NCBI GenBank assembly: GCA_946530965.1
Contig: CAMNAK010000003.1
Coordinates: forward strand, 8,312 to 72,311
From: an uncultured Candidatus Saccharibacteria bacterium
GTDB lineage: Bacteria > Patescibacteriota > Saccharimonadia > Saccharimonadales > Saccharimonadaceae
DNA length: 64,000 nucleotides
Direction: 5' to 3'
A model generated the notes under the pieces. It had not been told where the DNA came from. It searched no databases and was given only the letters and a program-made list of their open reading frames with translations. The translations under genes and the position numbers were made by a program. This document shows, one piece after another, positions 16,640 to 26,375 of the stretch (position 1 is its first letter; each line of letters begins with the position of its first letter).

Positions 16640-17917
16640 ATGAAACATACTATTGAAGAAGTAAAACTAAAGTCTGGCGCGCGTGGTCTCCTCATCGATG
16701 TTCCTGGTGCGGGAGTGATGAATTTTCATGCTATTTTCCGTGCCGGAAACCGTTTTACGAAGTCTCCTGAGATCTACGAAGTTGCTCACTTGATGGAGCA
16801 TATGGCCTTTGGTGAAAATGCGGAATTTTCGGACGAGCAAGCTTACGAGAGCGAGTTTACAAAGAATGGCGCCTATCATAACGCTTGGACTTCAGATTAC
16901 TTTATTGCTTACGAAGCTGAATGTGCAGATTTTGAGTGGGAACGTGTCTTGCGCTTGCAGGAGCTCGCGATTGCGCGTCCAAAATTCAACGAAAAGGAAA
17001 TGTCTGCCGAGAAGGGCAATGTCCGCTCGGAACTTACTGGTTATCAGAACGATTACTGCCGTCTTATCTGGCCAAAGCTTCAGCAAGAGCTTGGCGAAAA
17101 GGCTCTAACTTATAGCGAACGCATCAAAACTCTTCGCAATATTACACTGGAAGATGTTCAGGAACACCATGACCGCACCCATACTGCAGAAAATATGCGC
17201 TTTATTGTCTGCGGTGGTCTTGAAGGCCGCAAAGACAAGATTATAGATATGCTCGAAGGCTGGCATCTTGCAAAAGGCGAACACTTGGAGATTCCAAAAA
17301 CAGATTACCATAGCACGAAGCCAATCCTAATCCGTCGCAAGGATGCAAGCAATCTAAGCTTTGGTTTTAGCTTTGTAATTAACCGAGATTTGTCGCAGAG
17401 AGAATATCAGGCGATGGCAATCTTGAATCACATCCTAAACGGTACGATGAGCAGCAAAATCTTTGGTACTGCCAGAAGTCGCGGTATTGTCTACGGCATG
17501 GGCTCAGATGTTGGCTGCGATAGCCTCGCAAGTAACTGGGACTTTGATGGCGAAGTGAATGCTGAAAATGCTTCGGAACTCTTCGACCTTATTGTTATTG
17601 AGCTCACGCGTGTTATGAACGGAGATATTTCTGAAGCGGATATTAATCAGGCAAAAACTTACGCCTTTGGTCGTTTGCAGATGCTTGCTCAGACCGCCGA
17701 TCAGATTTCTAATAGTTATCTTCAGGGCTATGCGCTCAGGGATAAATACGAGCTACTTGACGACCTTCCAAAAGCCATCGACTCAATAGATAAGAGTGCT
17801 ATTGTGAGCATCGTTCGTGAGTTCATTGAGTCTGGTGCTTCTGGCTTGTCTGTAGTTGGCAATATCAATAAAGCACTTGTTGATGAGCTTTGGAATAGAA
17901 TCCTACAAATTATCTAA
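16640..17917 (+). CDS. M16-family (pitrilysin/insulinase-like) zinc peptidase
   Basis: Inverted zinc motif HxxEH in VAHLMEHMAFG, with a length typical of the two-lobed M16 fold. Confidence 0.8.
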   Translation: MKHTIEEVKLKSGARGLLIDVPGAGVMNFHAIFRAGNRFTKSPEIYEVAHLMEHMAFGENAEFSDEQAYESEFTKNGAYHNAWTSDYFIAYEAECADFEWERVLRLQELAIARPKFNEKEMSAEKGNVRSELTGYQNDYCRLIWPKLQQELGEKALTYSERIKTLRNITLEDVQEHHDRTHTAENMRFIVCGGLEGRKDKIIDMLEGWHLAKGEHLEIPKTDYHSTKPILIRRKDASNLSFGFSFVINRDLSQREYQAMAILNHILNGTMSSKIFGTARSRGIVYGMGSDVGCDSLASNWDFDGEVNAENASELFDLIVIELTRVMNGDISEADINQAKTYAFGRLQMLAQTADQISNSYLQGYALRDKYELLDDLPKAIDSIDKSAIVSIVREFIESGASGLSVVGNINKALVDELWNRILQII

Positions 17918-17929
17918 AACATAAAAAGA

Positions 17930-17961
17930 GCCCCGCAAATCCTTGCGAGGCATTCTTTTTT
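17930..17961 (+). terminator. Intrinsic terminator
   Basis: GCCCCGCAA-atcc-TTGCGAGGC followed by a T-rich run. Confidence 0.7.
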
Positions 17962-18052
17962 GTTTCCGTTTCTGTCTTGATTTTGGTTTTCGTGTTGATC
18001 TTGGTATCTGTTTTCGTGTTTGTGCTTTGGAATGAGCTTCTTTGAAGAATAA

Positions 18053-18331
18053 TCAGCAAAGCTCTACGCTGCAATCCGTATGAACTCTTACTCGGAGTAG
18101 TTTCTTTGGTCTAAGCCAATACCAAGTTAAAGCGTTCTTGAGCTTTCTGCCAGGATTGTAGTATGTTGCTGTGGCTGAGATTGTATCCGCGGAAGTATAG
18201 ACGCAATCGAAGGTGGTGTTTATGAACACCCCATAGTTGTGTCTCAGGTTCCTGGAAGCTTCCAAGAACGCGCGTTGGCATAACGGGCCATCGAACTTCA
18301 TGCGGACTTTGATGTATTTTGGACTTTTCAT
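18053..18331 (-). CDS. Hypothetical small basic protein
   Basis: Start moved to MKSPKY, which has GGAGGTGGG 4 nt upstream. Putative promoter TTGCAA-17-TAGACT lies upstream. No family recognised. Confidence 0.45.
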   Translation of the reverse strand: MKSPKYIKVRMKFDGPLCQRAFLEASRNLRHNYGVFINTTFDCVYTSADTISATATYYNPGRKLKNALTWYWLRPKKLLRVRVHTDCSVELC

Positions 18332-18452
18332 AATTCCCACCTCCAGTCCAAGGATAAAGAACTTCGCCCTATGAAGGGCACAAACATCTTTAGTCTAAGA
18401 ATTTTTCGCGTCATTTGCAAGCTTAAGCGATTCCATATAAGGGGTAGACGGA

Positions 18453-18481
18453 TTGACATTTTAGCCAGAAACAGATATAAA
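18453..18481 (+). promoter_or_regulatory. Sigma70-type promoter
   Basis: TTGACA-17 nt-TATAAA. Confidence 0.65.
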
Positions 18482-18501
18482 TTAAATAATAAAGGAGAAA
18501 T

Positions 18502-19092
18502 ATGTCAAATAAAGAAAACGACTCAAATGTAAAGATTTTAGCGATTGTTGGTATGTGCGGTAGCGGTAAGTCTACAGCCATCGATTATTTGACAGAACGT
18601 GGCATTCCAAAAGTATACTTTGGCGGCATTATCTATAAAGCTATGGCTGAAGCTGGTGTTGAGCGCAGCGAAGATGGTGAAAGTGAAAAGAAATTCCGCG
18701 AAGAAATCCGCGCCAAGGAAGGCAAGGATTTTGTTGTAAAGCGTGCAATCAAGGAAGCAAAAGATTTGATTGCTGCTGGCCAGAAGCGCATCATTCTTGA
18801 CGGCGTATATAGCTGGACCGAATACAATATTCTTCGCAAGGAATGGCCAACCGAGATGACCGTTATTGCTATTGTTGTTCCAAAAGCTATTCGTCGCAAG
18901 CGTCTTGCCGAACGCCCAGATCGTCCATTCGATGCAAAGGCCGCCGCAGAACGCGACCGCTCCGAAATTGAGAATCTTGAGAAGGGTGGCCCAATCGCCA
19001 TTGCTGATTATTACCTAGACAACTCCGGTGATGTCAAAACTCTTCACGAAAACTTCGCAAAGCTTCTAAAAGAAATCGAGTTTTTGGACTAA
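18502..19092 (+). CDS. P-loop nucleoside/nucleotide kinase-like protein (dephospho-CoA-kinase/UPF0200-like)
   Basis: Walker A GMCGSGKST within the first 30 residues, about 195 aa long. RBS AAAGGAG. Confidence 0.55.
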   Translation: MSNKENDSNVKILAIVGMCGSGKSTAIDYLTERGIPKVYFGGIIYKAMAEAGVERSEDGESEKKFREEIRAKEGKDFVVKRAIKEAKDLIAAGQKRIILDGVYSWTEYNILRKEWPTEMTVIAIVVPKAIRRKRLAERPDRPFDAKAAAERDRSEIENLEKGGPIAIADYYLDNSGDVKTLHENFAKLLKEIEFLD

Positions 19093-19094
19093 TA

Positions 19095-19679
19095 ATGGCA
19101 AAAGACTTACAGATATCTGAGCACGAGCTTGCCTTCGTGCTAGAGGCACTAGCCGAAACCGAAAACATTCCAGGCGATGTCGTGGAATTTGGTTGCTATA
19201 CTGGTGATACTTCGGTTCGCCTTGCCGAGCAGATGAAGAACTGGCCAGAAAAATGGCTCTGGCTTTACGATTCTTTCGAAGGTCTTCCAGAAAAAAGTGC
19301 CGAAGATAAATCTGGTGATGGTTGGGCATTTAAGCCTGGCGAGCTAAAAGCGAGTATTGATTCTGTAAGTCATAAATTTAAGAAATACAAACTACCTGAG
19401 CCAGTTATCAAGAAGGCTTGGTTTAACGAGCTTGATCCTGATTCGGATTTGCCAAGCCAGATTTCTTTTGCGCTTCTTGATGGCGATTATTATGATTCGA
19501 TCAAAACCTCGTTCGAGCTAATCTTGCCAAAGCTTGCTCCGGGTGCGATTGTTGCTGTTCATGATTATCGCAACGCTGCTTTGCCGGGCAGTGCGAAAGC
19601 TGTAAATGAATTCCTCGATGCTAATCCAAATTTTGATTTAAAGATAGCGGGCACGCTTGCCATTCTAACGAATAAATAA
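19095..19679 (+). CDS. TylF/MycF-family (macrocin-O-methyltransferase-like) SAM methyltransferase
   Basis: VVEFGCYTGDTS (motif I) and the metal-binding-type LLDGDYYDS. Starts 2 nt after the preceding gene. Confidence 0.65.
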   Translation: MAKDLQISEHELAFVLEALAETENIPGDVVEFGCYTGDTSVRLAEQMKNWPEKWLWLYDSFEGLPEKSAEDKSGDGWAFKPGELKASIDSVSHKFKKYKLPEPVIKKAWFNELDPDSDLPSQISFALLDGDYYDSIKTSFELILPKLAPGAIVAVHDYRNAALPGSAKAVNEFLDANPNFDLKIAGTLAILTNK

Positions 19680-19692
19680 GTATCATAACAAT

Positions 19693-20277
19693 ATGAATAA
19701 AACACGTAAAATAGTTTTATTAACCTTTAAGATCTCTATCATAGTTATAGCGATTGTTTTCTTGTTCCGCTGCATTTTTGATCCAAACTATTCGAAGTGG
19801 GGCGGCGTAATTGCAGGTGTAATCTTGCCTTTCTTGCCAGAGATTTTTAGTAAGCTCTTCCGTATTAAAATCTCCTATCGCGTCGAGCTTATGTATTACG
19901 TCTTCCTTATTCTTGCTTTGAGCCTCGGCATTAGTGCGGATTTGTATAAGACAGTTCCTCTCTATGACAAGGCGGTCCATACGCTCTCTGGGGCTGGTAC
20001 GGCTTTGATTGGCTTCTATATGCTTCGTTATTTTAAAGCCGAGAAAACTCCAGCCGTCTTCAGGGGTATGTTCATGATCTTCTTCTCGATTTCTGTTGCT
20101 GTGGCTTGGGAATTTTTCGAATTCTTCTGTGATAAATGTCTTGGTCAGCATATGCAGCAGCTTGTTACTACTGGCGTGGACGACACGATGCTAGATATGC
20201 TCGTTGCGACAATCGGCGCAATTATTGGTGGTGTTTTGATGGCAAATAAAAAGGTCCAGAACTTCCTCGAGAAATAA
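19693..20277 (+). CDS. Hypothetical polytopic membrane protein (possibly YjdF/DUF2238-like)
   Basis: Five or six hydrophobic helices. The DKAVHTLSG and WEFFEFF motifs only weakly recall that family. Confidence 0.45.
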   Translation: MNKTRKIVLLTFKISIIVIAIVFLFRCIFDPNYSKWGGVIAGVILPFLPEIFSKLFRIKISYRVELMYYVFLILALSLGISADLYKTVPLYDKAVHTLSGAGTALIGFYMLRYFKAEKTPAVFRGMFMIFFSISVAVAWEFFEFFCDKCLGQHMQQLVTTGVDDTMLDMLVATIGAIIGGVLMANKKVQNFLEK

Positions 20278-20278
20278 G

Positions 20279-21514
20279 ATGAAAACTAACCGAAACTATC
20301 CAAAAGTAATTATCTCTAAACGTGCTTACGAGCGACAGAAAAATACTCAGCATCCTTGGGTTTACGATAACGAAATCGTTCAGACTGAGGGTAAGTATGA
20401 GAATGGCGATATCGTAGATGTTTTTGCTGAGAAAGGCGCATATATTGGCTCTGGTTTTGTGAATGATAATTCCAAGATTCGTGTTCGTATTATTTCTCGC
20501 AACGCCAATGACGTATTTGATGAAGCTTTTTGGGAGCGCCGCGTCCGCTACGCTTTTGCTTACCGCGAAACGGTTTTGCCTCTTGATGAGAATAACAACT
20601 GCCGTCGCTTGATTCATGGTGAATCGGATGGCTTCTCTGGCTTGACGCTCGATCAATACGGAACGGTTTTAGTCTCTCAGGTTTTGTCTCTTGGCATCGA
20701 GAAGAGAAAAACGGATATCTATAACGCTATCTTGAAGGTGCTTCATGAAGGCTCCGAATCCGGAGACAAATACCATATTTTTGAGCGTAATGACGTTGCT
20801 ATCCGAGATTTGGAAGGTATGGAGCAGAGCAAGGGCTGGTATCTTGGCGAAGGTCAAACTCAGCCAGAAAGCACCGAGATTCAGATTATCGAAAACGGCA
20901 TTAAATATCTTGTAGATTTCGAGAATGGTCAAAAGACTGGTTTCTTTGTTGATCAAAAGATGAATCGCCGCGCAATTAGTAATATCGCAAAAGGCAAAAC
21001 TGTCCTAGATTGCTTTACGCATACTGGCTCCTTTGGCCTTAATGCTGCAAAAGGTGGCGCAAAGAAAGTAGTCTCTTTGGATATTTCTGAGCGCGCTATT
21101 GAACAAGCCAAGAAGAATGTTGCCTTGAATTTTGATAATTCCCAAATCGAGTTTGCTGTGGCTGACGCCTTTGATTATCTTGAAACAATCAAGAAAAATG
21201 ATTTTGACTTTATTATCCTTGATCCGCCAGCCTTTACGAAATCTCGCAAAACTATCCACAATGCTTACGATGGCTATAAGAGAATCAATTATCTTGCCAT
21301 GAAAGCTTTGCCGCGTGGTGGTTATCTTGCGACCTGTTCTTGCTCGCATTTTATGAGCCACGAGAACTTCAAAAAGATGCTTCTTGATGCCTCGCGCGAA
21401 GCTGGCGTTGAGCTAAAACAGATTGAAGAGCGCCAACAAGGCCCAGATCATCCAATTCTACTAAACGTTCCAGAAACGGATTATCTAAAATTCTTCATTT
21501 TCCAAGTTTGTTAA
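20279..21514 (+). CDS. rlmI: 23S rRNA m5C methyltransferase RlmI-like (PUA + class I MTase)
   Basis: N-terminal HPWVYDNEI and GDIVDV (PUA-like), VLDCFTHTGSFGL (motif I), and ILDPPAF (motif IV). Confidence 0.8.
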   Translation: MKTNRNYPKVIISKRAYERQKNTQHPWVYDNEIVQTEGKYENGDIVDVFAEKGAYIGSGFVNDNSKIRVRIISRNANDVFDEAFWERRVRYAFAYRETVLPLDENNNCRRLIHGESDGFSGLTLDQYGTVLVSQVLSLGIEKRKTDIYNAILKVLHEGSESGDKYHIFERNDVAIRDLEGMEQSKGWYLGEGQTQPESTEIQIIENGIKYLVDFENGQKTGFFVDQKMNRRAISNIAKGKTVLDCFTHTGSFGLNAAKGGAKKVVSLDISERAIEQAKKNVALNFDNSQIEFAVADAFDYLETIKKNDFDFIILDPPAFTKSRKTIHNAYDGYKRINYLAMKALPRGGYLATCSCSHFMSHENFKKMLLDASREAGVELKQIEERQQGPDHPILLNVPETDYLKFFIFQVC

Positions 21515-21549
21515 TAAAAACAAAAGCAAAATGTCGGTATAATTAAAGT

Positions 21550-22854
21550 ATGTTCAAGAAATTCGTCCGCAAACGCTTAGAAAAATATACTCGAAAATAC
21601 TTTAGAAAATATGAACCGACGCTTGTAGTTGTAGTAGGCTCTGTCGGTAAGACGACTACGAAAGCTGCGATTGCTACCGTGCTTCGCGCTTGTGATAAAA
21701 CAGTGCGTGTATCAAACAAGAACTACAATGCAGATATGTCTGTGCCGCTTGCGCTGCTTGGTGTAGAGTATCCAGAAGATTCTGTCCGCTCTATCAAGGC
21801 CTGGTTCAAGGTCTTTAAAGAGATGAAGAAACGCATCAAAGAAGACGACGTTCCGGATGTAATTGTTCAGGAGCTTGGCACGGATCATCCTGGCGAGATT
21901 CCTCATTTTGGTGAATATTTACACGCTGATATTGCTGTCGTGACGGCTATTTCTCAAGAGCACATGGAATATTTCAAGACTTTAGACAATGTGGCTAGGG
22001 AAGAACTATCGGTTGCAGATTTTGCGGATACAACCATTGTGAACGAAGAGGATATTCCTGCAGATTATCTTGAAAACCGCTTCGTAATGTATGGTTACGA
22101 TAAATACTCGGACTTCCGTTTCATTGAAACCAAGAGAACTCCGCTTGCGGGCTATGAGGGTGAATTGTCTTCGAAAGATTTTGGTAGGCTTATGGTTAAG
22201 ATTCCAGCTCTCAGCGAGCCAGCCCTAAAAGCTATGCTTGCTGCTACGGCAGTCGCAACAAAGCTTGGCATCCATATTAAGACTCTTGAGCCAGCTCTAA
22301 GCAAGATTCCTTCCGTTCCTGGTCGTATGCAGTGTCTTGATGGCAAGAACGAGACGATTCTTATCGACGATACATATAATGCCTCGCCTCTCGCCGTTAA
22401 GGCTGCGCTGGGTATGCTTTACGAGATTGATTCTCCTCAGCGCATTGCGGTGCTCGGTAGTATGAATGAGCTTGGCGATACTTCTGCCGATGCTCACAAA
22501 GAGGTTGGTGAATATTGTGACCCAGAAAAACTCGACCTGGTTATTACGATTGGCGAGGAAGCCAGGATTCATCTTGCTCCAGCCGCCAAGAAGAACGGCT
22601 GTAATATTAAGACCTTCAGACATCCGAAGCATGCTGGCGAATTTGTTGAAGAAAAGGCAAAGAAGGGTGCAGCAATCCTGTTTAAAGGTAGCCAGAACGG
22701 CGTCTATGCGGAAGAGGCTCTAAAAGTTATGCTAAAGAATCCAGAAGATTCGAAGAAGCTTGTTCGCCAAGACAAGCTCTGGATGAAGAAAAAACACGAA
22801 TGCTTCAAGAAACATAAAGACGAGAAGAAAAAAGAAGAGAAAAAGAAAGACTAG
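21550..22854 (+). CDS. murF: UDP-N-acetylmuramoyl-tripeptide--D-alanyl-D-alanine ligase (Mur ligase family)
   Basis: VVVGSVGKTTTK P-loop and DDTYNASP motif, with a Lys-rich C-terminal tail. Confidence 0.75.
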   Translation: MFKKFVRKRLEKYTRKYFRKYEPTLVVVVGSVGKTTTKAAIATVLRACDKTVRVSNKNYNADMSVPLALLGVEYPEDSVRSIKAWFKVFKEMKKRIKEDDVPDVIVQELGTDHPGEIPHFGEYLHADIAVVTAISQEHMEYFKTLDNVAREELSVADFADTTIVNEEDIPADYLENRFVMYGYDKYSDFRFIETKRTPLAGYEGELSSKDFGRLMVKIPALSEPALKAMLAATAVATKLGIHIKTLEPALSKIPSVPGRMQCLDGKNETILIDDTYNASPLAVKAALGMLYEIDSPQRIAVLGSMNELGDTSADAHKEVGEYCDPEKLDLVITIGEEARIHLAPAAKKNGCNIKTFRHPKHAGEFVEEKAKKGAAILFKGSQNGVYAEEALKVMLKNPEDSKKLVRQDKLWMKKKHECFKKHKDEKKKEEKKKD

Positions 22855-22883
22855 CAAAAAGACCGTCCTTCGGGGCGGTCTTT
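22855..22883. terminator. Bidirectional terminator hairpin between convergent genes
   Basis: GACCGTCC-ttcg-GGGGCGGTC, flanked by an A-run and a T-run. Confidence 0.7.
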
Positions 22884-22896
22884 GCGTTGTCGGTGA

Positions 22897-23364
22897 TTAG
22901 CCATAGCGTCTTGCGATGGCCTTAATGCAATCCTCGAAGCTGCCACAAACGATTTCTGTGGCTGCTTCGGCGATCATGAGGTTTACGGGCTTATTGAAAT
23001 CTTCTACGAAATTACCTTCGGCATCTACGGCGCCTAATCTTTCGATAAGGCTTCTATTATCGTTGGTATAGCAGAAGATGGGCTTTTTGGTGGCGTATGC
23101 GTATCCGATTTCCCATGCAGTACCATCGTCCATGGTGTCTCCGCGGAAGCTATTGATATTAGCCGCCACGATATCCGCCTGGTCGATTCGGGTTTTGTTA
23201 CCCTTGAAAATCTCTTTGCTACCAAAATTGTTCTCATTATCGAGCGGATAAAGTCCCAAGAAATCGTATTTACGACAGATTTTCTTGTACTCCTCGCCAA
23301 TCTTGACTGCGTTTGGTAAAAAGACGTCGGGGCCTGCAATATAGATTCTACCTTTTATGCTCAT
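22897..23364 (-). CDS. Nucleoside 2-deoxyribosyltransferase family protein
   Basis: IYIAGPDVF N-terminal motif and the DDGTAWEIGYA catalytic-Glu region. Confidence 0.75.
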   Translation of the reverse strand: MSIKGRIYIAGPDVFLPNAVKIGEEYKKICRKYDFLGLYPLDNENNFGSKEIFKGNKTRIDQADIVAANINSFRGDTMDDGTAWEIGYAYATKKPIFCYTNDNRSLIERLGAVDAEGNFVEDFNKPVNLMIAEAATEIVCGSFEDCIKAIARRYG

Positions 23365-23445
23365 ATTATCACCTCCTGAAAGAGCTAGGGTGAAACCTGT
23401 ATCTCTATTCTAAAGATAGAGATAGAAAATAGCAAGAAAAACCAT

Positions 23446-23472
23446 TTAGCACTCTTGACATCGTTCTGCTAA
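23446..23472. promoter_or_regulatory. Degenerate CIRCE-like half operator overlapping the dnaK -35
   Basis: TTAGCACTC-N9-TTCTGCTAA. The left arm is perfect and the right arm matches 6 of 9 positions. Confidence 0.45.
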
Positions 23473-23483
23473 ACGCATATAAT
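23455..23483 (+). promoter_or_regulatory. dnaK promoter
   Basis: TTGACA-17 nt-TATAAT (perfect consensus). Confidence 0.75.
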
Positions 23484-23493
23484 GAGAACAAAT

Positions 23494-23520
23494 TTAGCAC
23501 TCATAGTGAAAGAGTGCTAA
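23494..23520. promoter_or_regulatory. CIRCE operator (HrcA binding site)
   Basis: TTAGCACTC-atagtgaaa-GAGTGCTAA is a perfect match to the CIRCE consensus. It lies between the promoter and the dnaK RBS. Confidence 0.85.
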
Positions 23521-23562
23521 ACATAAGCAGATAAGCAAAGATTTTTCTAAGGAGGAAAAATA

Positions 23563-25443
23563 ATGGGTAAAATTATTGGTATCGATCTCGGTACAACAAA
23601 CTCTGCATTCGCATACATGGTCGCTGGTAAGCCAGAAGTTATTACAAACAGCGAAGGCGATCGCACGACTCCATCTGTAGTTGCAGTTACAAAGAAGGGC
23701 GAGCGCCTTGTTGGTAAGGTTGCACAGCGCCAGCGCGTCACAAACCCAGAGAATACCATCTATGGCATCAAACGCCTTATCGGTCGCAAATATAGCGATG
23801 AAGAAGTCAAGCGTGATAAGGACGTTGTTCCGTTCAAGATTGTCGAAAAGGGTAATGGTGTTGCCGTTACTCTAGGTGGCAAAGATCAGACTCCAGAAGA
23901 AGTATCTGCTATGATTCTTAGCAAGATTAAGGCTGACGCAGAAGCTTTCCTTGGCGAGCCTGTAACAGAAGCTATTATTACTGTTCCTGCATACTTCGAC
24001 GATTCTCAGCGCCAGGCAACGAAAGATGCTGGTAAAATCGCTGGTCTCGAAGTTCGCCGCATTATCAACGAGCCTACCGCAGCTGCTCTAGCTTATGGCC
24101 TAGAAAAGAAAGACGACCAGAAGATCGTAGTCTTCGACCTTGGTGGTGGTACATTCGATGTTTCCGTCCTCGAGCTTGGCGATGGTGTCTTTGAAGTTAA
24201 GTCTACCAACGGTGATACTCACCTAGGCGGTGAAGACTTCGATAACATTATTGTTAACTACATCCTCGAAAACTTCGAGAAAGAAAACGGTATCGACCTA
24301 CGCAAAGATCCTACTGCTATGCAGCGCATCAAGGATGAAGCTGAGAAGGCAAAGAAGGAACTTTCTTCCGCAAACGAAACCGAAATCAACCTTCCATACA
24401 TTACTGCTGATGCCGATGGTCCTAAGCACCTTGAGCTAACTCTTTCCCGCGCAAAGCTCGAAGAGCTAGTTGCTGGTCTTCTTGATCGCCTAAACGGCCC
24501 AGTCGAAAAGGCTTTGAAGGACGCTCAGCTTGATGCAAAGGATATCGACGAAATCGTTATGGTTGGTGGTATGACCCGTATGCCAGCTGTCGTCGAACGC
24601 GTAAAGAAGTTCTTCGGCAAGGATCCAATGCAGGGTGTTAACCCGGACGAGGTCGTTGCTGTTGGTGCTGCAATCCAGGGCGGCGTTCTTGCTGGTGATG
24701 TTAAGGATGTTCTTCTTCTTGACGTTACTCCACTCACTCTTGGTATTACCACCATGGGTGGCGTACGCACTCCACTTATCGAACGCAACACTACAATTCC
24801 TACCAGCAAGTCCGAGGTCTTTAGTACCGCTTCAGATAACCAGCCACAGGTAGAAATCGAGGTTTTGCAGGGTGAACGCGAATTTGCTAAGGATAACAAG
24901 GTTCTTGGTCGCTTTATCCTTGATGGTATCGCACCGGCTCCACGCGGTGTTCCTCAGATTGAGGTTACCTTCAGCCTAGACGCTAACGGTATCTTGAATG
25001 TTAGTGCAAAGGATAAGGGTACTGGTAAAGAGCAGAGCATTACAATTCAGAACTCTGGTAACATGGACAAAGCAGATATTGAACGCGCACAGCGCGAGGC
25101 CGAAGAACATGCTGCAGAAGATAAGAAGCGCCGCGAGGCTATCGATGCAAAGAATCAGCTCGAACAGCAGATCTACAATGCGGAAAAGATGCCGACTGAG
25201 TACAAAGACAAGATTTCTGACGAAGATAAGAAGACTATCGAAGAAGCTGTTAAGGCTGCCAAGGAAGTCCTCGAAAAGAACGAAGACGACAAGGAAAAGC
25301 TTGAAGCTGCAGCTAAAGAGCTTGGCGACAAGATTATGCCAATCGGTGCAAAGATGTACCAGCAGGCAAGCTCCGACAAAAAGTCTGAAGATAAGAAATC
25401 CGATGACGGCGACGCTGTCGAAGGCGAAGTTGTAGATAAATAA
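23563..25443 (+). CDS. dnaK: Molecular chaperone DnaK (Hsp70)
   Basis: [19 protein letters not shown] and VGGMTRMP motifs. RBS AAGGAGG. Confidence 0.97.
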   Translation: MGKIIGIDLGTTNSAFAYMVAGKPEVITNSEGDRTTPSVVAVTKKGERLVGKVAQRQRVTNPENTIYGIKRLIGRKYSDEEVKRDKDVVPFKIVEKGNGVAVTLGGKDQTPEEVSAMILSKIKADAEAFLGEPVTEAIITVPAYFDDSQRQATKDAGKIAGLEVRRIINEPTAAALAYGLEKKDDQKIVVFDLGGGTFDVSVLELGDGVFEVKSTNGDTHLGGEDFDNIIVNYILENFEKENGIDLRKDPTAMQRIKDEAEKAKKELSSANETEINLPYITADADGPKHLELTLSRAKLEELVAGLLDRLNGPVEKALKDAQLDAKDIDEIVMVGGMTRMPAVVERVKKFFGKDPMQGVNPDEVVAVGAAIQGGVLAGDVKDVLLLDVTPLTLGITTMGGVRTPLIERNTTIPTSKSEVFSTASDNQPQVEIEVLQGEREFAKDNKVLGRFILDGIAPAPRGVPQIEVTFSLDANGILNVSAKDKGTGKEQSITIQNSGNMDKADIERAQREAEEHAAEDKKRREAIDAKNQLEQQIYNAEKMPTEYKDKISDEDKKTIEEAVKAAKEVLEKNEDDKEKLEAAAKELGDKIMPIGAKMYQQASSDKKSEDKKSDDGDAVEGEVVDK

Positions 25444-25461
25444 TCTAGCCTAATAAAAATG

Positions 25462-25489
25462 CCACTCCAAAACGGGGTGGTATTTTTTT
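25462..25489 (+). terminator. Intrinsic terminator of dnaK
   Basis: CCACTCC-aaaac-GGGGTGG followed by T7. Confidence 0.8.
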
Positions 25490-25494
25490 GAGCC

Positions 25495-25525
25495 AAAGAA
25501 AAGGCCCGCAGATAAAACTGCGGGC
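25495..25525 (-). terminator. Intrinsic terminator of the lysozyme gene
   Basis: GCCCGCAG-N6-CTGCGGGC followed by a T-rich run on the minus strand. Confidence 0.7.
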
Positions 25526-25532
25526 TTCCTGT

Positions 25533-26375
25533 TCAATCGACTGAAAGTCTCATCGCAAGAGCAGTGGGTGCGCAAGCACTTTCCCAATCTTCGGCTGTCA
25601 GCTTACTCCAGCTGCGGTCTACGCCATCACCGGTGTATTGCCACATAATTGTTTTCCAACCATGCTTAGATACATCATAGCTAATAACGTGATTGCCGCC
25701 GTCGTCTGTGGTATAGTCTGCAACCCAAAGCGGGAAGTTCTTAGCCACAGAGTAATCGTCGCCGCTCCAGTCGTAGTGAGGGTCTGCTGCCACTGAGGAA
25801 GACATATAGATAACGGGCTTAACGCCTGTCATGGAATACACTTCCCAGAGCCAGCTTGCGGCCCAGTCGGTCTGGTCAACGGTTCCAGGCTGTTCCCAAT
25901 CAAGAACAATCATAATCTTACCGAGGTAAGGCTTGATTGTCTGGACGAAGTTTACAGCATCGTCGTGAGCTGAATTTGTGTCGGGTCTTGCCCAATGGTA
26001 AGCGCCAACGTATTTTCCGTTCTCGATAGCTGCCTCGATGTTGCGAACAAACTGGGGATCTTCGTAGCCGACACCTTCCGATGCCTTGCAGATGACGAAG
26101 TCATCGCTGGTTTCGAGATCCTCGATGTTGTTCCACTTGGAAACGTCGATTCCGCAGAGATACTGCGGAGCGGGGTCTTCGGAAATCGGACTTTCGAGCT
26201 TTGTCTCTACAGTACTCTCATAGACGATTTCCGATGCGGTGTCGGTGGGTTCCGTTGCGCTGTGGGCAATCATGGCTTTGATTCCGAAGAATATTCCGCC
26301 CAGAATTGCTACTGTAACTGCGATGCGGTCCCAACGAACCTTTCTGTGTGTTCTGTTCTTTCTGATCTCTTTCAT
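25533..26375 (-). CDS. Membrane-anchored GH25-family lysozyme (muramidase)
   Basis: The CGIDVSKWN...KASEG pattern matches GH25, and an N-terminal TM anchor is present. Start moved to MKEIRKN, which has AAGGAGG 8 nt upstream. Confidence 0.75.
   Translation of the reverse strand: MKEIRKNRTHRKVRWDRIAVTVAILGGIFFGIKAMIAHSATEPTDTASEIVYESTVETKLESPISEDPAPQYLCGIDVSKWNNIEDLETSDDFVICKASEGVGYEDPQFVRNIEAAIENGKYVGAYHWARPDTNSAHDDAVNFVQTIKPYLGKIMIVLDWEQPGTVDQTDWAASWLWEVYSMTGVKPVIYMSSSVAADPHYDWSGDDYSVAKNFPLWVADYTTDDGGNHVISYDVSKHGWKTIMWQYTGDGVDRSWSKLTAEDWESACAPTALAMRLSVD

Noticed and set aside
17962-18052. T/G-rich tract with a 24-bp-spaced direct repeat GTTTTCGTGTT (17986 and 18010)
   Set aside because: It is a short, two-copy, low-complexity stretch between convergent genes. 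It is most simply a degenerate U-rich 3' region, and I could not connect it to any structure or gene.
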